From NCBI GenBank assembly GCA_043719805.1, contig JAYSTI010000001.1:4161-68160 (forward strand): DNA of 64,000 bases, in the 5' to 3' direction. A program made the translations under genes and the position numbers. This document shows positions 38,240-48,629 of this stretch, one piece after another (position 1 is the first letter of the stretch; every line of letters begins with the position of its first letter). The stretch is from Candidatus Lloydbacteria bacterium (GTDB lineage: Bacteria > Patescibacteriota > Minisyncoccia > Phycocordibacterales > UBA6899). The notes under the pieces were generated by a model that did no database searches, had not been told where the DNA came from, and was given only the letters and a program-made list of their open reading frames with translations.

Positions 38240-38452
38240 ATGAAATCACGCGAAAAACGCCGACGTTCAGGTGCAAAAGCACTCAGCTACCGCATCTTAA
38301 GCATCAGCGTCGATTCGGTTGTCGCATACTTTTTTACGCGTGACGCAGGACTAAGCGCCATGATAGTCCTTTTCGTAAACGGATACAGCACCGCTCTGTA
38401 TTATCTCCATGAGCGCGTATGGTCGCACATCCACTGGGGCCGCAAACAATAG
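38240..38452 (+). CDS. small membrane protein (DUF2061-like)
   Basis: RRSGAKALSYRILSISVDSVVAYFFT pattern. Confidence 0.4.
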   Translation: MKSREKRRRSGAKALSYRILSISVDSVVAYFFTRDAGLSAMIVLFVNGYSTALYYLHERVWSHIHWGRKQ

Positions 38453-38504
38453 CACGCAAAAAAGCCGCGCATGCGCGGCTGTGTCTTTCTGTTTCTCCGC
38501 TTGC

Positions 38505-38918
38505 TCAGCGGGTGAACACGACAAGCTTCTTCTTGGATGCCTCGAGGCCGGCAATGATAGCCGCCACATCCGCACCATCGCGCAGGCCAATGGGACCGGA
38601 GCCCATGAGCACAACGGCGATTGTCTCACCTTCCGGGACGTCGAGCGCATCGAGACATTCGGTGACAACCTTCGGCGTCTCTTTCCATCCGCCTTGGCCG
38701 AGACGGTGGCACACAAGCGCGTGGTAGGTTCTTTTCCCTGCGACGTGGGACGCAGTTGCTCCGAGCCGTACTCGTCCGGTGTGCTCGATTTCCGGCCAGT
38801 AACGCCCCGACACGACACCGGCAAATCCTGAATTGTTGTCTCCGCGCGTGTTGACCGCAAAGGCGATGTGCTTGTGCGCGGATGCGAAAATGTCACCACA
38901 AACCCGTTCAACTATCAT
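38505..38918 (-). CDS. macro-domain-like protein
   Basis: RVCGDIFA..HKHIAFAVNTRGDNNSGFAGVVSG resembles the macro-domain GDIT..aIVNAAN..GGGV pattern. Weak. Confidence 0.35.
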   Translation of the reverse strand: MIVERVCGDIFASAHKHIAFAVNTRGDNNSGFAGVVSGRYWPEIEHTGRVRLGATASHVAGKRTYHALVCHRLGQGGWKETPKVVTECLDALDVPEGETIAVVLMGSGPIGLRDGADVAAIIAGLEASKKKLVVFTR

Positions 38919-39148
38919 TGTGAATCTCCATGATGGTTATTCCTTCCATGCGCAACGTTGCGCCCAAAATATCTAAAACTATTAAAACAAACTATCCACG
39001 AACTGTCAACATCACCACGGGTGTTGCTCCTACGTAGATGTTTACGGACTAACAAATAGTGCTACCATTAAACTACATTAACCATATATCAATCTATTGG
39101 CCGACTATGATTCCCCACTTGTGAACACCGCAATGGTATAATTGTTTC

Positions 39149-39391
39149 ATGAATATTGAAGAGCAAAACAATGAGATCATCACGCAGCTAGTGACCTTGA
39201 ATACGAGCATCAAAGAGCAGAACACAAAGATGCACATCCTCGGCACCGGGGTCCTAAACGGTATCGGATTTTTTATAGGCTCGGCAATTCTTGCCACAAT
39301 AGCATTAGGCATTTTTGGACCACTGGTGGGAAAGATCTCTTGGGTCAAGGACAATTTCAGCAGGGGCACAACCATTCTCCAGGCTCGTTAG
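39149..39391 (+). CDS. hypothetical small membrane protein (AT-rich gene)
   Basis: An extended -10 TGGTATAAT lies at about 39127-39135. Confidence 0.3.
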   Translation: MNIEEQNNEIITQLVTLNTSIKEQNTKMHILGTGVLNGIGFFIGSAILATIALGIFGPLVGKISWVKDNFSRGTTILQAR

Positions 39392-39502
39392 ATAGTGGGC
39401 GCAATCTTGCCGCGACCATTGTTCAGGCCTCGCCTTGGCATTTGACTTTAGGCCTGTTTCGTGTTAATCTTTCGTCAGATCCAACAACGCAAAGGAACGC
39501 TC

Positions 39503-39736
39503 ATGACAATCTTCGAAGCGCGTCACCACCCCGAAGCGGGTGACGACGAGGTCCATCTCGGCAACTATGGCCATGAGCTTTGGCTCAACGTCGGCTGGAA
39601 AACGAAGCGCAGAGGCATCACTCCGTACGATGTGAACGGCGTCGCACTGACGCACGGCCAGGCGCGTCCGGTCTTCGTGAAGCGCAGCGAGATCGAGGCC
39701 GCGGGCTTCACCATCACGGAAATCGCGCGATCGTAA
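39503..39736 (+). CDS. hypothetical protein (GC-rich island)
   Basis: ORF in a roughly 60% GC segment. Confidence 0.3.
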   Translation: MTIFEARHHPEAGDDEVHLGNYGHELWLNVGWKTKRRGITPYDVNGVALTHGQARPVFVKRSEIEAAGFTITEIARS

Positions 39737-39768
39737 ATCCGCGGCCTCAATCACTTCAAGGAGTTCTC

Positions 39769-39978
39769 ATGAGCGAACAAGTGCTGTTCCTTTACTTCGT
39801 CCTCCCGACCCTCGTCATCATTGGCATGGTCGGCATCTGGGGCAACTTCTCCTGGCGCGACAAAGATGCTGTCATGCTTCCCCTCTCAGCCCAGCCCGGA
39901 TTCTTCCGCTTCTGGTTCTCGATCACCCCGCGCTACCTTCTCGGCCTTCGGACTGGCATGGAAGACGTCGCGCTCTAG
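39769..39978 (+). CDS. small membrane protein (GC-rich island)
   Basis: AAGGAG SD 7 nt upstream of the ATG at 39769. Product MSEQVLFLYFVLPTLVIIGMVGIWGNF... Confidence 0.4.
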   Translation: MSEQVLFLYFVLPTLVIIGMVGIWGNFSWRDKDAVMLPLSAQPGFFRFWFSITPRYLLGLRTGMEDVAL

Positions 39979-40253
39979 ACATCGAAGGGAACCACAATGT
40001 TCGGCTGGCTTGCTCTCATCGCGCTCCTCCTCGGTCACCCGGGCTGGGCGCTCGTCTTCTTCATCCTGTGGGTCATCTTCTGACCCCAGTCCTCCGTTCG
40101 ATTCGAGGCCCCGCAACCGCGGGGCATTTTTATATCCTTCAACATAAACTTAATCAACTTTCACCCCTCACACTCATGCACGTTGACAACATCAACGACT
40201 CAATGTACAATATGTTACAAACTAGTGTCCCTTTTCCACAACGGAGGTTTACC

Positions 40254-40859
40254 ATGATCAGTACCGGTCGTTACGGCTACCATCTCGCAGACATCGCAGA
40301 ACTCAAGGCGAAGTCCACCCTCGATCCGATGGAGGCATTCAACCTCACCCGCATGGAGGCGGAAGTTACCGAATATGAAGCCGGCAAAGCGAGGCAGCAA
40401 ATCCCGATTGCAAGCGCAATCGCTCTCGTCATCAACATGATGAGCCCGCAGACCGACCGTCGGGAAGACTACGTCATGCCCTCCTACGCCGTCATCGAAG
40501 ATGGCAGACATGAGATCATGCCGTACGCGATTCCCGACACATTCGAACATCTGTGGGATGCGTTCGACGAGAGCGAGACGGAGTGTTCGGCGACATGGCT
40601 ACTGCGTCTCGCTCGTTCGAATGGCGACTGGCGACCATTCACGTTCGAGAGCATCAACGCGCTCTACCGTACGCGCGTCAAGACACAATTCCCTGACTTT
40701 TCCTTCAACAGACTGATCGAGCCGGGCATGCACTACGGAATGCCCGGCGAACGTTGGCTCGTTGGCGGTGGATGGATTGTCGTCCGCAATGGTATGCATT
40801 ACTTCACCGACGACTTCGTGTGCCGCGCGCACGAGAGTGCCCTTCGTTCGGCGAAATAG
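40254..40859 (+). CDS. hypothetical protein (GC-rich island)
   Basis: GGAGG SD upstream of the ATG at 40254, with a terminator after the stop. Confidence 0.45.
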   Translation: MISTGRYGYHLADIAELKAKSTLDPMEAFNLTRMEAEVTEYEAGKARQQIPIASAIALVINMMSPQTDRREDYVMPSYAVIEDGRHEIMPYAIPDTFEHLWDAFDESETECSATWLLRLARSNGDWRPFTFESINALYRTRVKTQFPDFSFNRLIEPGMHYGMPGERWLVGGGWIVVRNGMHYFTDDFVCRAHESALRSAK

Positions 40860-40883
40860 CCGACGCCGCGTTCATCGCATTAC

Positions 40884-40910
40884 CCAACCTCGCTTCGGCG
40901 GGGTTTTTTT
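40884..40910 (+). terminator. rho-independent terminator
   Basis: cctcgc ttcg gcgggg followed by T8. Confidence 0.55.
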
Positions 40911-41219
40911 CGCTATTAATTATGGAATTACATTGATCAAAGCTACGGGAGAGCAGTTCTATGAATTCTTTTCAAAATCCTCTCGGGCTTGTTTTGCAAC
41001 AAAATATTCTCCTCGTAGAACATCGAAAACTGCCTCGGTTGTTTTCCCTTCTTGCATATCACGCTCAGCATCTGCTGTTGCCTGACGAAGTACTTCTTCA
41101 TTTGCGATAAGTTGACCTAAGATGAGCGGAGTGTGTTCGGCAGACATAAAAATATTTTCGTGAATTGATATATGTAAACGTTAGCATGTCGACAAGAGAT
41201 TGAGAAGCAGATTGTTCGT

Positions 41220-41810
41220 CTAGTCGGCGACGGCTACAGAGACGTCAAATTCCTCACGGAGGACCTGCACAAGCTTTTCGAGGGGGAGGCCAAGGATACC
41301 AAAATAATCCCCCTTTGTGCTTTCGACGAATTTTGCCGCACCACCCTGTATGGCATATGCACCCGCACGGTCAAGCGGCTCCCCCGTGGAGACGTACTCT
41401 TCTATCTCCAAACTCGTGATAGTACGAAAAACAATTTCCGCTTCTTCGACAACCTGTATCGTTTTATTTTCCTCCAAGCATACAACCGCAAACCCAGTCA
41501 GCACCGAGTGAGTAGACCCCGAAAGCATTTCGAGCATTTCCGTTGCGCGCTCTTTGGTGTGCGGCTTGCCGAGCAGCTTTCCGTTGTAAGCAATGAACGT
41601 ATCCGCACCGATAACAATGGCGTCAGGATTTTCTCTCGCAACCGCAAGAGACTTCCCCAAAGATAGTTCTTTTGCCAGCTCGAACGGGTCTAAGGAAAGA
41701 GTCATGTCTTCTTCGTATGAAGGAGCAACGATATTAAAGCGGAGGTTGCTTTGCTTGAGTATCTCAATTCGTCGCGGCGATGTTGATGCTAAAATTATCT
41801 TTCTCTCCAT
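41220..41810 (-). CDS. maf: Maf-like nucleoside triphosphate pyrophosphatase
   Basis: ILASTSPRRIEIL...IVIGADT motifs. Confidence 0.85.
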   Translation of the reverse strand: MERKIILASTSPRRIEILKQSNLRFNIVAPSYEEDMTLSLDPFELAKELSLGKSLAVARENPDAIVIGADTFIAYNGKLLGKPHTKERATEMLEMLSGSTHSVLTGFAVVCLEENKTIQVVEEAEIVFRTITSLEIEEYVSTGEPLDRAGAYAIQGGAAKFVESTKGDYFGILGLPLEKLVQVLREEFDVSVAVAD

Positions 41811-42043
41811 TGGCCATAGAATACACTAAAAACAAATTAGGGCGAAGTATGTGGCAGTACCAGCATAAAAACCACTCGTCTATTCACCACGAGAGCATTT
41901 CAAAATTCCTTCATTCAAAAACTCATTAATGTTGCGGCCGAAGGGCGCGTTAGACTATTCGCCAACCTACCACATGGAGTACCTCCAATTTTATCTCCCC
42001 CTAGTCGTGAAATTTCGGCCGCGTGCGCCTGCGCAGAAAGGAA

Positions 42044-42304
42044 TTAGAGAATAGTGAGGATCTGCCTTACGGCAGCATGCGGCGTCCTTACCAGTCGATA
42101 ATTTATCGTGAGATTGCGCTGTTCTTTCTCAAGTATTCCCACTGCGTACAAGATGCCCAGGTGCTTGGAGGTGGCCTTGAATGACAGCTTTATCTCCCCC
42201 GCCAATTCCCCGACGTTTGCCTCCTTCATTTTCTTGAGATATTTGAGAATGGCAAGGCGCCGACCATTCGCAAGTGCTTTCATTTGTTTTTCAATATCTT
42301 TCAT
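42044..42304 (-). CDS. ArsR/SmtB-family transcriptional regulator
   Basis: ALANGRRLAILKYL...VGELAGEIKLSFKATSKHLGIL is a winged HTH. Confidence 0.8.
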   Translation of the reverse strand: MKDIEKQMKALANGRRLAILKYLKKMKEANVGELAGEIKLSFKATSKHLGILYAVGILEKEQRNLTINYRLVRTPHAAVRQILTIL

Positions 42305-42341
42305 GATATTTCAGTCATACCACCCTCAAAACTATTCGCCT

Positions 42342-42363
42342 ATTCGCGCGAATTAGAGAACTG
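42342..42363. promoter_or_regulatory. candidate ArsR operator: palindrome ATTCGCGCGAAT with adjacent TATTCGC repeat and GAATTAGAGAA motif
   Basis: A 12-bp perfect palindrome at 42342-42353 lies about 40 nt upstream of the arsR-family start. A 14-nt motif CGCGAATTAGAGAA recurs at 43868-43881. Confidence 0.4.
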
Positions 42364-42466
42364 AGATGCGTGAAATTAATGGATTATATTCTGTCTCTCC
42401 TGTTCACTTGCGCGCATACGCATTATGAAATAGAATCTCCCCATCGCCACAATAGAGGAGCTCGCG

Positions 42467-42655
42467 ATGTGCTGGAGAGACGATGTTCAATCAAGGCGGG
42501 TCTGCATTGTTTGTGGGTCCGACTACTACGGCTCGCTTGGACACAAATGGTGCCCGGGATGGAGGACGGAGGCGGAGCCCGCGCCGGTCGGCAGCAGTCC
42601 GCAGAATGCAAAACCCGAAAAGAAAGAGCTCGTCGACGAAGACCTCCCCTTCTGA
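42467..42655 (+). CDS. small zinc-ribbon-like protein
   Basis: CIVCGSDYYGSLGHKWCPGW. GAGGAG SD is upstream and a hairpin with a T-run is downstream. It is divergent from arsR. Confidence 0.4.
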   Translation: MCWRDDVQSRRVCIVCGSDYYGSLGHKWCPGWRTEAEPAPVGSSPQNAKPEKKELVDEDLPF

Positions 42656-42772
42656 TCAATCAAATCAGAGTCCCACCCCGCACAAGCGGTGTTTTATTTT
42701 GCCCGTCGAATACGTTGACACAGCCTTGGTTCAAAGGTAGCCTCAATTTGGTTTCGTCCAAAGGAGAATACT

Positions 42773-43039
42773 TTGCCCATTTCCGACTACATCGGGGACT
42801 CGCCCGAATCGCAAAAGCGCCGCGCGCTATTTGAGCGCAAGATTGCTCTCAGAAAACTGCTCATGGGATTCAAGCTATCCGGCTTCGACATGACGGGCGA
42901 AGAGTTCTGCTCCTACATGCGCGTCATGGGCTTCGCCTACGGGTTTCTCGGTGATACCGAGCCGAGCGAGGAAGATATCGCACTGTTTGAGCAGAAGATA
43001 GAGTTCATCAGACAAGTTCAGCAAATCCTCGGAGGATAA
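42773..43039 (+). CDS. hypothetical protein
   Basis: ORF followed by a terminator-like hairpin. Confidence 0.35.
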   Translation: MPISDYIGDSPESQKRRALFERKIALRKLLMGFKLSGFDMTGEEFCSYMRVMGFAYGFLGDTEPSEEDIALFEQKIEFIRQVQQILGG

Positions 43040-43131
43040 GCAAGCCCGCCCCGCAACGCGTGGTGTTTTTTTCAACACAAACAAAAAACAACCGCATGGT
43101 GCCATTTTATTTCCTAATGACCACTGACGTA

Positions 43132-43368
43132 CTACTCCAGTCCTTCTTCTACCATCTTCACGATGCGCATAAGGATGGGCTTGTGTAAATTCCAATTTCG
43201 ATCAGGGTCTGTAGCGTTGAGTTCGCGAAACGCTCCCTGCAGTGCGTCCGAATTCCTTACGGATTGAAGGTCTCGCGGTGTAAGACCGGCGATATTTAGC
43301 GCGTTATCCAAAATATCAATATGTTTAGGACTTAGGATAACCAACCCTTCGGTCTCCGCAGGCAGCAT
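43132..43368 (-). CDS. hypothetical protein
   Basis: ORF only. Confidence 0.3.
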   Translation of the reverse strand: MLPAETEGLVILSPKHIDILDNALNIAGLTPRDLQSVRNSDALQGAFRELNATDPDRNWNLHKPILMRIVKMVEEGLE

Positions 43369-43581
43369 TACATCCTCCTCATGGGCATATTCCTGTAGTC
43401 CGGTGTCTCCTGCAACACGCCAACTATCTGGATTTAAAGTTTTTTAAATATGTACCAGCGAGCATAATCTGTTGGGAACTAATCCTATCACTTGTAACCT
43501 TTGACGCAAATAATAGAGACCATACAACACAAAACTACACATTCCGCTCAGGCGTCGTATTTTGAATGAGTAGCCCGATCG

Positions 43582-43788
43582 TTATTTTCCGCCCAAACGC
43601 TCTCCCTCCTCCTTTTCCCAGCGGATGAGTGGGTTATCATGGGCCTTTTCGCCGAGATACCTGCCTCCTCGCTCTTTATAGAGGAGCACCGCGTGCTGCA
43701 TCGCGCGCGCAGAAAACTTGCCCAGTTTTTGAACAGCCTCCGCCTTACATGCCTCCCAAAGTTCCGGATTTGTTCTTGTTGTACTCAT
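43582..43788 (-). CDS. conserved small hypothetical protein (SARAMQ motif)
   Basis: NPELWEACKAEAVQKLGKFSARAMQHAVLLYKERGG.Y.G.K. I recall this as a small protein family common in phage and bacteria. The family name is not certain. Confidence 0.35.
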   Translation of the reverse strand: MSTTRTNPELWEACKAEAVQKLGKFSARAMQHAVLLYKERGGRYLGEKAHDNPLIRWEKEEGERLGGK

Positions 43789-43993
43789 GTTGCCTCGTAT
43801 TCTACCAGTTTTATACTTACATGACGCGCACTTAATTCAATGATTGTGTCATCTTCATTGCACAGACAATCTACCTACGCGAATTAGAGAATAGAAAAAG
43901 AGGGAAATATACAGGAACGCCTCGGGACTTTTAATTTGAACACGCGTTATTTAAATCAATGATGCCTGACACCGTTTTCACCGTTTTCGTTTT

Positions 43994-44437
43994 CTATATG
44001 GACCTTATGTCTAATTCCTTCGTGTGGATTTTAATAAATGCCTCAATGGCTTGAACTGTCTGCTCCTTTAACTTCGGATTACTCGATGCGACCCATTTTG
44101 AAAAATTATACAACTCTTGATTGTCCACAATGATCCAACTGTTATTTTTATAGAGAAAATAAAGCAGAGTCATTAGCGCAACGCGCTTATTGCCATTTTG
44201 AAATGGATGATTTTTTATCATCAAATAGAATAGGATAGAAGCTTTTGACAACATTCCTTTATAAAGTTGCCTTTTTGCATATGTTTGACGAGGAGCACCG
44301 AGACACTGCTCAAGTACTCCCGGAAAACGCGAGGTAAATTCGGGAATAGGTTCACCCCACTCAAGTGATTCTTTTGCAAGCTGGTGCGATACTAACTCGA
44401 CTTCCTCGAGTGCAATGTAATCAAATGTGCTTTGCAT
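43994..44437 (-). CDS. Doc/Fic-family toxin
   Basis: Fic motif HPFQNGNKRVA (HxFx[DN]GNKR, Doc-type). Confidence 0.75.
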   Translation of the reverse strand: MQSTFDYIALEEVELVSHQLAKESLEWGEPIPEFTSRFPGVLEQCLGAPRQTYAKRQLYKGMLSKASILFYLMIKNHPFQNGNKRVALMTLLYFLYKNNSWIIVDNQELYNFSKWVASSNPKLKEQTVQAIEAFIKIHTKELDIRSI

Positions 44438-44439
44438 AA

Positions 44440-44709
44440 TTACTCTTTACCAAGTAGCTTAAAAGCTTCAGCATATTCACTCGCGGCCAAATGCACAGCT
44501 TCACTTATCTGTTTTTTTTCTCGCTCAGTAAGTTCACCCTGCTTTATAAATGGCTCAATCTCATTTGCTGAAATAACAAAATTTCTACCAATTTTAATCG
44601 CCTGAATTTTTTCTTTTTTTATCCAATTAAATATTGTTACTCTACTCAGGCCCATTAGTGCCGCCGCTTCAGTGGTAGAATAAAATTGCTTTTTCTCGTT
44701 AATCATCAT
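44440..44709 (-). CDS. HTH (excisionase/MerR-like) DNA-binding antitoxin partner
   Basis: YSTTEAAALMGLSRVTIFNWIKKEKIQAIKIGRNFVI is an HTH_17-type pattern. It abuts the Doc gene by 2 nt. Confidence 0.6.
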   Translation of the reverse strand: MMINEKKQFYSTTEAAALMGLSRVTIFNWIKKEKIQAIKIGRNFVISANEIEPFIKQGELTEREKKQISEAVHLAASEYAEAFKLLGKE

Positions 44710-45140
44710 AAAACCATATTAACATGTGTTAATCAGGTGCGCAAGTGATTAACAAAAATATAATATCGCCGTATTTAAAGCAATTATCGTTATTTTCTTC
44801 AGTGGACTTAACGGGCGCGAAATTTGGGATGCAACGCGAAGTCTGGAGGCATGGCCTACTACGGTGAATGCTGCGCCTAGCGAAAGACGGGGAGTTGCGC
44901 CGAAATGCGACGTCTTGGCATCAACGCCACTGCAAAGCAAAGAAAAACAGCCCAATGAGTTGCTGAATTCTCAAGGTCGCACCTTCCAAAACTAAGGAAC
45001 GACCTTTGCAGTATATGACCTCTATTTCTCTCTTCTTGTCTATTTTTTTCGTGGGCTTCGCATTTCAGAAGTCAATCGTGACTGTCACCGTTTTCCGTTC
45101 CAGGGTAGGACGAGGGGTGCGTCGTAATTGGTTGAGTAGA

Positions 45141-45344
45141 TTACATCCAGAAACGCAGCAAATAGCCAGTCACTGCTGCCGACAGTGCAAGAACGAAGAC
45201 AAACAAAGGTAGAACAAATACATACTTCCACTTTGCAGGAAGGTTTTTTCTGCCGTAAATCCATACGATATACACGGTAGAAAAAATAGAGAGTGGGATA
45301 GAGATAAATAACACCATATCGACATAACGCTCAAGGCTTGGCAT
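45141..45344 (-). CDS. hypothetical small membrane protein
   Basis: Two hydrophobic helices. Confidence 0.3.
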   Translation of the reverse strand: MPSLERYVDMVLFISIPLSIFSTVYIVWIYGRKNLPAKWKYVFVLPLFVFVLALSAAVTGYLLRFWM

Positions 45345-45355
45345 ATGTTTTTTGA

Positions 45356-46819
45356 TTAGTAGGAACGGAGTTTGTTGATGTTGCCGTGCTGGCGGATTTT
45401 TTCGTGGGCTTTGGCTTCAATTTGGCGGATGCGCTCGCGGGTCACACCAAACTCCTTGCCAACCTCTTCTAATGTGTGGGTGACGCCATCGAGAAGGCCG
45501 TGGCGCATTTCGAGAATCTTGCGCTCTTTGGGTGAAAGGTCTGAGAGAATCTCCCCAACCTGATCTGAGAGGATGCGGCGAGAGGATTCTGCATCGGGTG
45601 AGAGAATTTTTTCATCAGCGATGAATTCACCGAGGGTGGATTTGTCTTCGTCGTCGCCGATTGGCTTCTCGAGGGAAACAGTATCCTGGTCGATGTTCTC
45701 GATGATGCGGACGCGCTCGATATCGATGCCCATCTCGGTTGAGACTTCTTCGGCCATCGGCTCGCGACCGAGGTCTTGAGTCAAACGGCGGACGACTTGC
45801 TTGTACTTCGCGATGGTTTCCACCATGTGCACAGGAATACGAATGGTGCGGCTCTGGTCGGCAAGTGCGCGGGTGATGGCCTGACGAATCCACCATGTGG
45901 CGTAGGTCGAGAACTTGTAGCCCTTACTCCAATCGAACTTGTCGACGGCGCGGAAAAGGCCGAGGTTCCCTTCTTGAATGAGGTCAAGCAATGTGAGGTC
46001 GGGTGAACGACCAACGTATTTCTTTGCGACAGAAACAACGAGGCGGAGGTTGGCGCGTGCGAGAAGATTCTTGGCCTCCGGGTCGCCCGCCTGGATACGC
46101 TGTGCGAGCTCACGCTCGTCGCGTGCGGAAAGTAGAGGGTACTGACCGATTTCGCGAAGATACATCTGCGTCGAGTCGTATGGCGAGGACTTCGTCGTCA
46201 GATATTTCTTTGATGCACCGTGATGCGGAGTTTCGTCTTCGGTCACGACGTCGAGCAAACCGCCCGACTCGAGGACGTCGACGCCCATTGTGCCCATGCG
46301 CTCATAGAGTTCCTCCAGGAAGTCGAGATTGTTCTCTATCTCAGGAAAGACACGCAATATCTCGTCGAAGGTGATGAAACCGCGATCGCGTCCACGGGTG
46401 ATGAGGCCGGTGAGCTTGTGCTCGAGGGCCTTCCTCTCCTTGGTCATCGTCTTCTTTGGTGGTGGTGCAAGCTGCTCCTTCTTTGCAAGGGCCTTCTTTT
46501 CCGCGGCTGTGAGCTTCTTTGGCTTCTCGTCGGACTCGGGCATAGGATTGTCCTTCAAGTGCTTCTTTGCCTTGGCAACCTTTGCGTTACGCGTGTTGGC
46601 GCTCCCTGGTTTGTCGCCGGTGTTCTTACCTCTGCGCTTCTTCTTCTTGACGACCTTCTTTGCTGGCTTTTCAACCACCTTCTTGGCAGGCTTTGCGTGC
46701 TTCGCGACTTTCGCGACGGGCTTTGTGGCCTTCTTTGAAGCAGGCTTCGCCGCGGCCTTTTTGGCGGGCTTTGCAGGCTTTTTCTTTGGGGCGGTCTTCA
46801 CGGGTTTCTTGGTTGCCAT
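45356..46819 (-). CDS. rpoD: RNA polymerase sigma-70 factor RpoD with Lys/Ala/Pro-rich N-terminal extension
   Basis: Region 2 [40 protein letters not shown] and region 4 [27 protein letters not shown] repeats at the N-terminus. Confidence 0.9.
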   Translation of the reverse strand: MATKKPVKTAPKKKPAKPAKKAAAKPASKKATKPVAKVAKHAKPAKKVVEKPAKKVVKKKKRRGKNTGDKPGSANTRNAKVAKAKKHLKDNPMPESDEKPKKLTAAEKKALAKKEQLAPPPKKTMTKERKALEHKLTGLITRGRDRGFITFDEILRVFPEIENNLDFLEELYERMGTMGVDVLESGGLLDVVTEDETPHHGASKKYLTTKSSPYDSTQMYLREIGQYPLLSARDERELAQRIQAGDPEAKNLLARANLRLVVSVAKKYVGRSPDLTLLDLIQEGNLGLFRAVDKFDWSKGYKFSTYATWWIRQAITRALADQSRTIRIPVHMVETIAKYKQVVRRLTQDLGREPMAEEVSTEMGIDIERVRIIENIDQDTVSLEKPIGDDEDKSTLGEFIADEKILSPDAESSRRILSDQVGEILSDLSPKERKILEMRHGLLDGVTHTLEEVGKEFGVTRERIRQIEAKAHEKIRQHGNINKLRSY

Positions 46820-46859
46820 ACGATGTTGATATTTAGAATATAAAATTTGTTGCTTTCAC

Positions 46860-48629
46860 CTACTCACCGACACTCCTCTTTAATTTCCTGTCTTCTATTG
46901 CTATTAATCGTGGAGTCATTTCTTGATACTGCTGTAAATATATTTTCATCTCCTCCTTGTCTTCTCTCCTGTCCGCATCGTGTATTTTTTCTAAAAGTTC
47001 TTTTTGTCTCTCCTTTAATACTTCCGACTCCAGTGTATCGAGCATCTCTTCGATGGCGACCTCGAGCATCGGGCTATGGTCATAGGTATTTTCGGCCCTG
47101 ATGATGAAAACGCGTATCGCATCGTCATCGGGTTTCATCGGAATTATCGAGTGCCGCGCGATGCGCTCCTCATAGACCCTGCGCAGTTGTGGAACATCGA
47201 TGGCGGGCTCCTTGTGTGCCTCCTGCCAGAGAAGAATACTGATTATTTCCTCCTCGGCAACTTGACGTCTGGTTTTTATGTTTCCACGAGGAATTTCGTC
47301 CGAACGGTCTTCGCCGCCCTGTGCGGTCACTACGTGCGATATCGCACCACCCTGATAGCGGAGGCGCTTCACCTCTTCCCAGACAGCATTCGGCGTAAGG
47401 CCGAGCTTCCTGGCTATCTCGGTGATGAAATGGTCCTGTTCCATCTTTGACTGCATGGCCAGAATGAGCGGAAGCACTTTTTTCTCTACTTCGGCGCGAT
47501 AGCTTCGCGCGTCATGGCCCTTCCCGGCGAGTGATAAGAGGTAGAAGTCGATGATGTGCTTGGAGCCTGCGATGACCTCAGCCCAACCTGCGCTGTTCTT
47601 TAGAATATAATCCGCCGGGTCTTTGCCGTCGGGGATTGCCGCTACGCGAACGTTCATCCCGAGTGAAAGTGCAATACCAAATGCGCGCCCCGTGGCGGCG
47701 AGTCCGGCATCATCGGCGTCGAACGCAAAGACGAGATTGTCGGTCACGCGCTTGAGTAGCGCAAGATGTCGCTCGGTGAGCGCCGTACCCGAAACGGCAA
47801 CGGTATTCGTCGCCCCCGCCTGGTGCGACATGATGAGATCCATCTGACCTTCAACGAGGATGCAGAAATTTTGTTTACGGATATCCATCTTCGCGCGGTC
47901 ATATCCGAAGAGTACCGAAGACTTGTCGTAGAGCGGGGTCTCGGGTGAATTGATGTACTTCGCGACATCGGTGCCGTCTTGGTTCTTCTGGGCGCCAAAT
48001 ACGCGACCTGAGAACGCGACGACGTGGCCGTTGGCGTCGAAAATGGGGAACATTACACGGCCCCTAAGTCTATCGTAATAGCCTTTACCCTCTACTGCCT
48101 TGGTGAGTCCTGCGCGTTCTATCTCGGCATCGGTAAAACCCTTCCTTTTCAAATGGTCGTATGCGAGACGCCACTCACTGGGCGCATACCCGATACGAAA
48201 ATCGGCGATGGTCTTCTCGGTGAGGCCGCGTACCTGCAGGTATTCTTGCACTAACGGGTTCTTCGCAAGCTCGGCTTTGTAGAGCTTGGTGACATCGTCC
48301 ATAATGGCGTGTAGTCGCTCACGCTCGGTGCGCTCCCCTGTATTCTCGCGCTTCAACTCTACGCCCGCGCGTGCAGCGAGAATCTTGAGTGCATCAACAA
48401 AGTCGATGCCTTCTATCTCCTGCACGAACGAGAAGATGTCTCCCCCGCGATTACACCCGAAACAGTAGTATGCATCGCGCGACGGCGACACATTAAACGA
48501 CGGCGACTTCTCGTTGTGGAACGGGCAGAGTGCCTTAAAACTCCCACCAGCCTTATCAAGCTTGATGTAACTGCCGACGACGTCGACGATGGAGAGTCTG
48601 GATTTAATTTGTTCTACGGGTGTTGCCAT
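46860..48629 (-). CDS. dnaG: DNA primase
   Basis: Zinc-binding CPFHNEKSPSFNVSP...YYCFGC, the TOPRIM EGQMDLI and DADDAG. Confidence 0.9.
   Translation of the reverse strand: MATPVEQIKSRLSIVDVVGSYIKLDKAGGSFKALCPFHNEKSPSFNVSPSRDAYYCFGCNRGGDIFSFVQEIEGIDFVDALKILAARAGVELKRENTGERTERERLHAIMDDVTKLYKAELAKNPLVQEYLQVRGLTEKTIADFRIGYAPSEWRLAYDHLKRKGFTDAEIERAGLTKAVEGKGYYDRLRGRVMFPIFDANGHVVAFSGRVFGAQKNQDGTDVAKYINSPETPLYDKSSVLFGYDRAKMDIRKQNFCILVEGQMDLIMSHQAGATNTVAVSGTALTERHLALLKRVTDNLVFAFDADDAGLAATGRAFGIALSLGMNVRVAAIPDGKDPADYILKNSAGWAEVIAGSKHIIDFYLLSLAGKGHDARSYRAEVEKKVLPLILAMQSKMEQDHFITEIARKLGLTPNAVWEEVKRLRYQGGAISHVVTAQGGEDRSDEIPRGNIKTRRQVAEEEIISILLWQEAHKEPAIDVPQLRRVYEERIARHSIIPMKPDDDAIRVFIIRAENTYDHSPMLEVAIEEMLDTLESEVLKERQKELLEKIHDADRREDKEEMKIYLQQYQEMTPRLIAIEDRKLKRSVGE

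Noticed and set aside
38409-38831. Plus ORFs overlapping the macro-domain-like gene
   Set aside because: Ala/Ser-rich shadow frames of a GC-rich gene.
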